From the NCBI RefSeq assembly GCF_009914755.1, contig NC_060928.1: a stretch of DNA of 64,000 bases; one strand, given 5' to 3'. Position numbers and translations under genes: made by a program. The notes under the pieces were generated by a model. The model saw only the letters and a list, made by a program, of their open reading frames with translations, was not told the DNA's origin and searched no databases. This document shows, one piece after another, positions 59,273-64,000 of the stretch (position 1 is the stretch's first letter; each line of letters starts with the position of its first letter). The DNA is from the human T2T-CHM13v2.0 reference genome, Homo sapiens.

Positions 59273-59819
59273 TGAGATTGTCTAGACATTTTGACCGGCA
59301 TTTTGACTGGCATTGTCTAGATATTTTGACTAGAAAGTGGTGACGCTTCCCAAATGTGGTTGGTGGCTGCTCAACTCTCTACAAGAAGTAGGGTCCACCA
59401 CAGTAAGTTTTGCAGTTTATCTGAATGATTAGATGAGTATAGTGTGAAGGTTAAACTACTGCTACATACACTGACTTAAGTAGGCAGCTGCTTATGAATC
59501 AAGTTGTGACTAAAATATGCACAGATAAGGGTACTTTATTTTTATAACTTAAATAAAAAACCTATTACTATTATATTAGAAATCCTGATAAGCCCATCAA
59601 TTTCTAATATTATCCTATGTTAGAAATAAGAATAAGCACTTGGAGAGCTTTGAGGTGAAAGACTAAGGTAGAAAATGATCATGGGTTATGTACTCTATTT
59701 TTTTACATCCATTCTTCTTTTTCTTTTTTCATTTATCAGTTATTGAAAAATCAGATATCAACTCAATTACTTATATATGATCTATAAAGTGTAGCCATTG
59801 AAAATTATGGGTGTGTCTA

Positions 59820-60261
59820 TGTATTAGTTTCCTAAAGCTGTCAAAAAAAGTACTACAAACAAACTGAGTGGCTTAGACAATGGAAATCTATTGTCACAGT
59901 TCTAGAGGCTAGAATTCTGAGATGAAGGTGTTGGTAGGACCAAGCATCCTTTAAAGGTGCTAGGGAAGGATCTATTCTGGACCTCAAGCCTGGTATCTGG
60001 TAGTTTCTTGGTTTGTGATGGCATAACTCCAATCTTCACATGGTGGTTCCCTGTAGGTGTCCTTTGTGTCCAAATTTCCCCTTTTTAATAAGGAAACTAG
60101 TCATTGTAAAAAGGCTCACTTCCCTCCAGTATTTTCTCTTTTTAACTAATGATGTCTGCAAAGACCTTATTTCCAAATAATATATCCTGACTTACCAGGA
60201 GTTGGGACTTCAACATAGGAATTGGACAGGGGGCCGGGGAGAAACAATTCAATCATTAACA
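59820..60261 (-). mobile_element. MLT1C-like MaLR LTR
   Basis: tgtattagtttcct...cacagttctagaggctagaa...tctgcaaagaccttatttccaaataa...ggacttcaacata...acaattcaa. Confidence 0.85.
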
Positions 60262-60504
60262 ATCAATTACATAGTTAAGGTTCATTAGAAAGGCGATCCT
60301 TTATCATTGACTGACTCACTGTCAATAAAAGATTAGTTTATTTCCTTGGTTTACAGATAGTTCTCTGCCTAGTTATGTACTGAATCTCATTCTTTCTTAA
60401 CACCTGAAAGATTTTCCTCCCCCAGGCATTCCTCTTTCCCTGGTATTTTTAAATCACTGGATCATTTTCATCAGTGTTTAAACTTGATTAAGCTTTTCTA
60501 TCTA

Positions 60505-60528
60505 ACACATACACACACACACACACAC
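60505..60528. repeat. Short (AC)n microsatellite
   Basis: Read directly. Confidence 0.85.
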
Positions 60529-60599
60529 CATCTCAATCTTGTTAACAACTATTCTGTTCACAAGTTTATTGAAAGAAGCTTGCCTTCTGATAATTATGT

Positions 60600-61860
60600 A
60601 GTTGGTAGCTCACTACTTTTTACTTTCAGTTTATTTCTGAACTCTCTGTAATCTGGACTCTGCTTCCAAAACACCATCCAGAGCAGCTTTGATAATGTCA
60701 ACAGTGACTTACTTTTTTAATAAGCCTGGTGAAAACTATTCAGTCTTAGTTTATTTCCTCTCTGTTATGTCTAACATAATTGATCTCACTCTCCTTCTTA
60801 AATTTGTTTGCTCCCAAAGCTATTGTGACACCCTAATTTATTTTTTCTCTTTTGTTTGTTTTCATTTTTCTTCACAATCACTTTTTTGTTTTTCAACTGT
60901 TTATTTTCTACTACATGAATATCCTAGTGATTCTCAAATCTCCATTTTCTGATCAGATATTTCTCTTTTGAGCTCATACTCACGTAGCCAATGTCTACTG
61001 ATATGGTTTGGCTCTGTCCCCACCCAAATCTCATCTTGAATTGTAACTCCCATAATTCTCACTTCCCACATGTCTTTGGAAGAACTCGGTGGGAGGTAAT
61101 TGAATCATGGGGGCACATCTTTTCCTGTGCTGTTCTTGTAATAGTGAATAAGTCTCATGAAATCTGACAGATTTAAAAAGGGGAGTTCACCTGCACTAGC
61201 TCTTTCTTCTTGCCTGCTGCCATTCATGTAAGATGTGACTTGCTCCTCCTTGCCTTCTACCATGATTATGAGGCCTCCCCAGCCATGTGGAACTGTAAGC
61301 CCATTAAACTTCTTTTACTTCCTAGTCTTGAGTATGTCTTTATCAGCAGCATGAAAATGGACTAATACACCTACTATATTTCTTCGGCTGGATTTTATAA
61401 GGAACATTTCAATTGAACTCATTATATATTTTACCTTAAAATTCCACCTGAAATTTTATTTGCTCTCAACAGGAGTGAGCAGTACTTCCATTCCACTAGT
61501 ATACATGCCAAAACATAAAGTTATTCTTGACTCTCCCTTCTCATTTGCCTCTCTCTACTCCACCCATATCTGTAGAGTCCATCTTCTAAGTAGCTTTCAA
61601 ATTCACCTCCATAACCCATCTTAGTTTAAATCTTAATTATTTCTGTGTGAATTATTAAAATAACCTTTTTAACAGTCTTTAGCCTTGGTCCTATGCAGCC
61701 TTTTCTTTATAATATCCTCAGCAAACTACTGCAGGAGTAATTTATACTGTACCCAGAGTAAACTGCATAAATTTAAATATGATTATAATTTTCCATGATT
61801 AAAATTTATTATTGATATACCATAGCCTTCTGAATAAAACATAATTTATTGTTATGGAAT
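60600..61860 (+). mobile_element. L2 fragments, interrupted by THE1
   Basis: ctgtaatctggactctgcttcc; ttgatctcactctccttctta; gttattcttgactctcccttctc. Confidence 0.55.
60999..61369 (+). mobile_element. THE1A/B solo LTR
   Basis: tgatatggtttggctctgtccc...gccattcatgtaagatgtgacttgctcctcc...gactaataca; TSD tctac/cctac. Confidence 0.92.
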
Positions 61861-62149
61861 AAATGACTATGATTTGGTTTCTTTTGGTTTCTCTTTGCCA
61901 AGGTATACCTCTCCACATAAGTATACTAAAATACTTGTTCCCCAAACTCTTGCCTCCAGGAATTTTAATGTTCCTACCTTTGCTTAGAAAATACTTGGCT
62001 TTCTTTTATCTTTTGCTAATTCCTTCTGACCATTGGGATTCTGGATACATTTTTTTCCCCCCAGAATGCTTTCTCTGACTCTACTACCTTGGTCTATGTG
62101 TTTGTTTTCTTTTGCTGTGAGGCAAATTACTACAAACTGGAACTTCCCA

Positions 62150-62803
62150 ACAAGTTTCTCATCTCCATCTGAGACCACTTCAGCTTGCACTTCATTGTCC
62201 AGATCACTATCAGCATTTTGGTCAAAGTCATTCAACAAGTCTCTAGGAAGTCTCAAACTTTCCCACATCCTCCTGTCTTCTGAGCCCTCCAAGTCTCTAG
62301 GAAATTCCAAGCTTTCCCACATTTTCCTGTCTTCTTCTGAGGCCTCCAAACTGTTCTGACCTCTGCCTGTTACCCAGTTCCAAAGTCACTTCCACATTTT
62401 CAGGTATCTTAATAGCAGCACCCCACTCTCTGCAGTATGAATGTACTGTATTAGTCTGCTCTCATGCTGCTATGAAGAAGTACTCAAGATTGAGTGATTT
62501 ATAAAGAAAAGAGATTTAATTGATCCACAGTTCTGCATTGCTGTGGGGGGCTTAGGGAACTTATAGGCATGGCAGAAAGCACCTCTTCACAGGGCAGCAG
62601 GAAAGAGAATGAGTGTTGAGCGAAGGAGGATGCCCCTTATAAAACCATGAAATCTCATGAGGACTTACTATCATGAGGCTACCATGGGGGGAAACTGTCC
62701 CAATGATTCAATTACCTCCCACTGGGTCTTTCCCATGACATGTGGGGATTAAGGGAACTACAATTCAAGATGAGATTTGGGTAGGGACACAGCTAAACCA
62801 CAG
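62150..62803 (-). mobile_element. THE1 (THE1D-like) 5' LTR (62447-62803) plus ~300 bp of internal sequence
   Basis: THE1-int peptide-like text EEDRKMWESLE..PRDLLN..DQNADSD..NEVQAEVVSDGDE; LTR tgtattagtc...gagatttgggtagggacacagctaaacca. Confidence 0.9.
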
Positions 62804-63522
<719 letters not shown>

Positions 63523-64000
63523 TATATAGTATTGGTTTATGTTGTGTAACTATAATCTGTAGCTTCAGCTAATGTTCATTGCCTTCTTGCAGTTCAGTTT
63601 TTTGACTTTGCAGAATCCCTGATACCAGTGTTTAAGGTGAGTCATATTATCTGTAATTCCTGCACAGCACAATGTTGACATCTCTGCTTTTTTTTCTCTT
63701 GGAAATTTTATATTGATGCTCGAGTCCATGAAACATTTCTGAAGCGTTACTTATTTTTGTATTCTTCTTCATTGTCACAATTCAGCACCCCATAAAATAG
63801 GGTACTATGTATATTTTAGGATCTGCCAGTATTAGGAAAGTCTTTTCTCTCTAGTTTTTACTCTCCTTTGTTATCATATAAAACCTGAAGGGCTTTACTC
63901 TCTCTTTTTTATCTAAAAACTGCATATGTATTCCCAAGCACTGCCCAATGTTATTCACGCTGTCCTTTCCCTGTGTCTGAAATGTACAGGGCCCCAGAGA

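Noticed and set aside
61984-62349. 121-aa acidic ORF with an internal repeat
   Set aside because: THE1 internal sequence; as I recall, the ~55-bp duplication is a feature of the THE1D-int consensus

Overview
AT-rich primate (human or great ape, judged from AluY and L1PA2-type 3' UTR diagnostics) non-coding DNA, intergenic or deep-intronic. I found no CpG island, no recognisable host exon and no RNA gene. The only ORFs with recognisable protein are degraded LINE-1 ORF2 pieces; the rest are Alu/LTR read-throughs or chance. The window is a patchwork of transposon fossils: a ~7.3 kb old L1MA, two nested young L1PA copies, about 13 Alu-family elements, MaLR LTRs (THE1, MST, MLT1, including a two-LTR MLT1F-type provirus), ERV1-type LTRs, DNA transposons (MER1B, MER63A, Tigger1, Tigger2a), and MIR/L2 fragments. 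I see no evidence for a new biological system. The best second-look items are a perfect estrogen response element fused to two ERR-type sites (59249-59272), a fossil two-donor templated insertion (34528-34642), an L1-in-L1 insertion with its TSD, two fold-back hairpins 300 bp apart that look like template-switch mutations, and two tiny TSD-like insertion scars. Repeat subfamily names come from remembered consensus motifs, not from a database search, and the boundaries of old elements are approximate.
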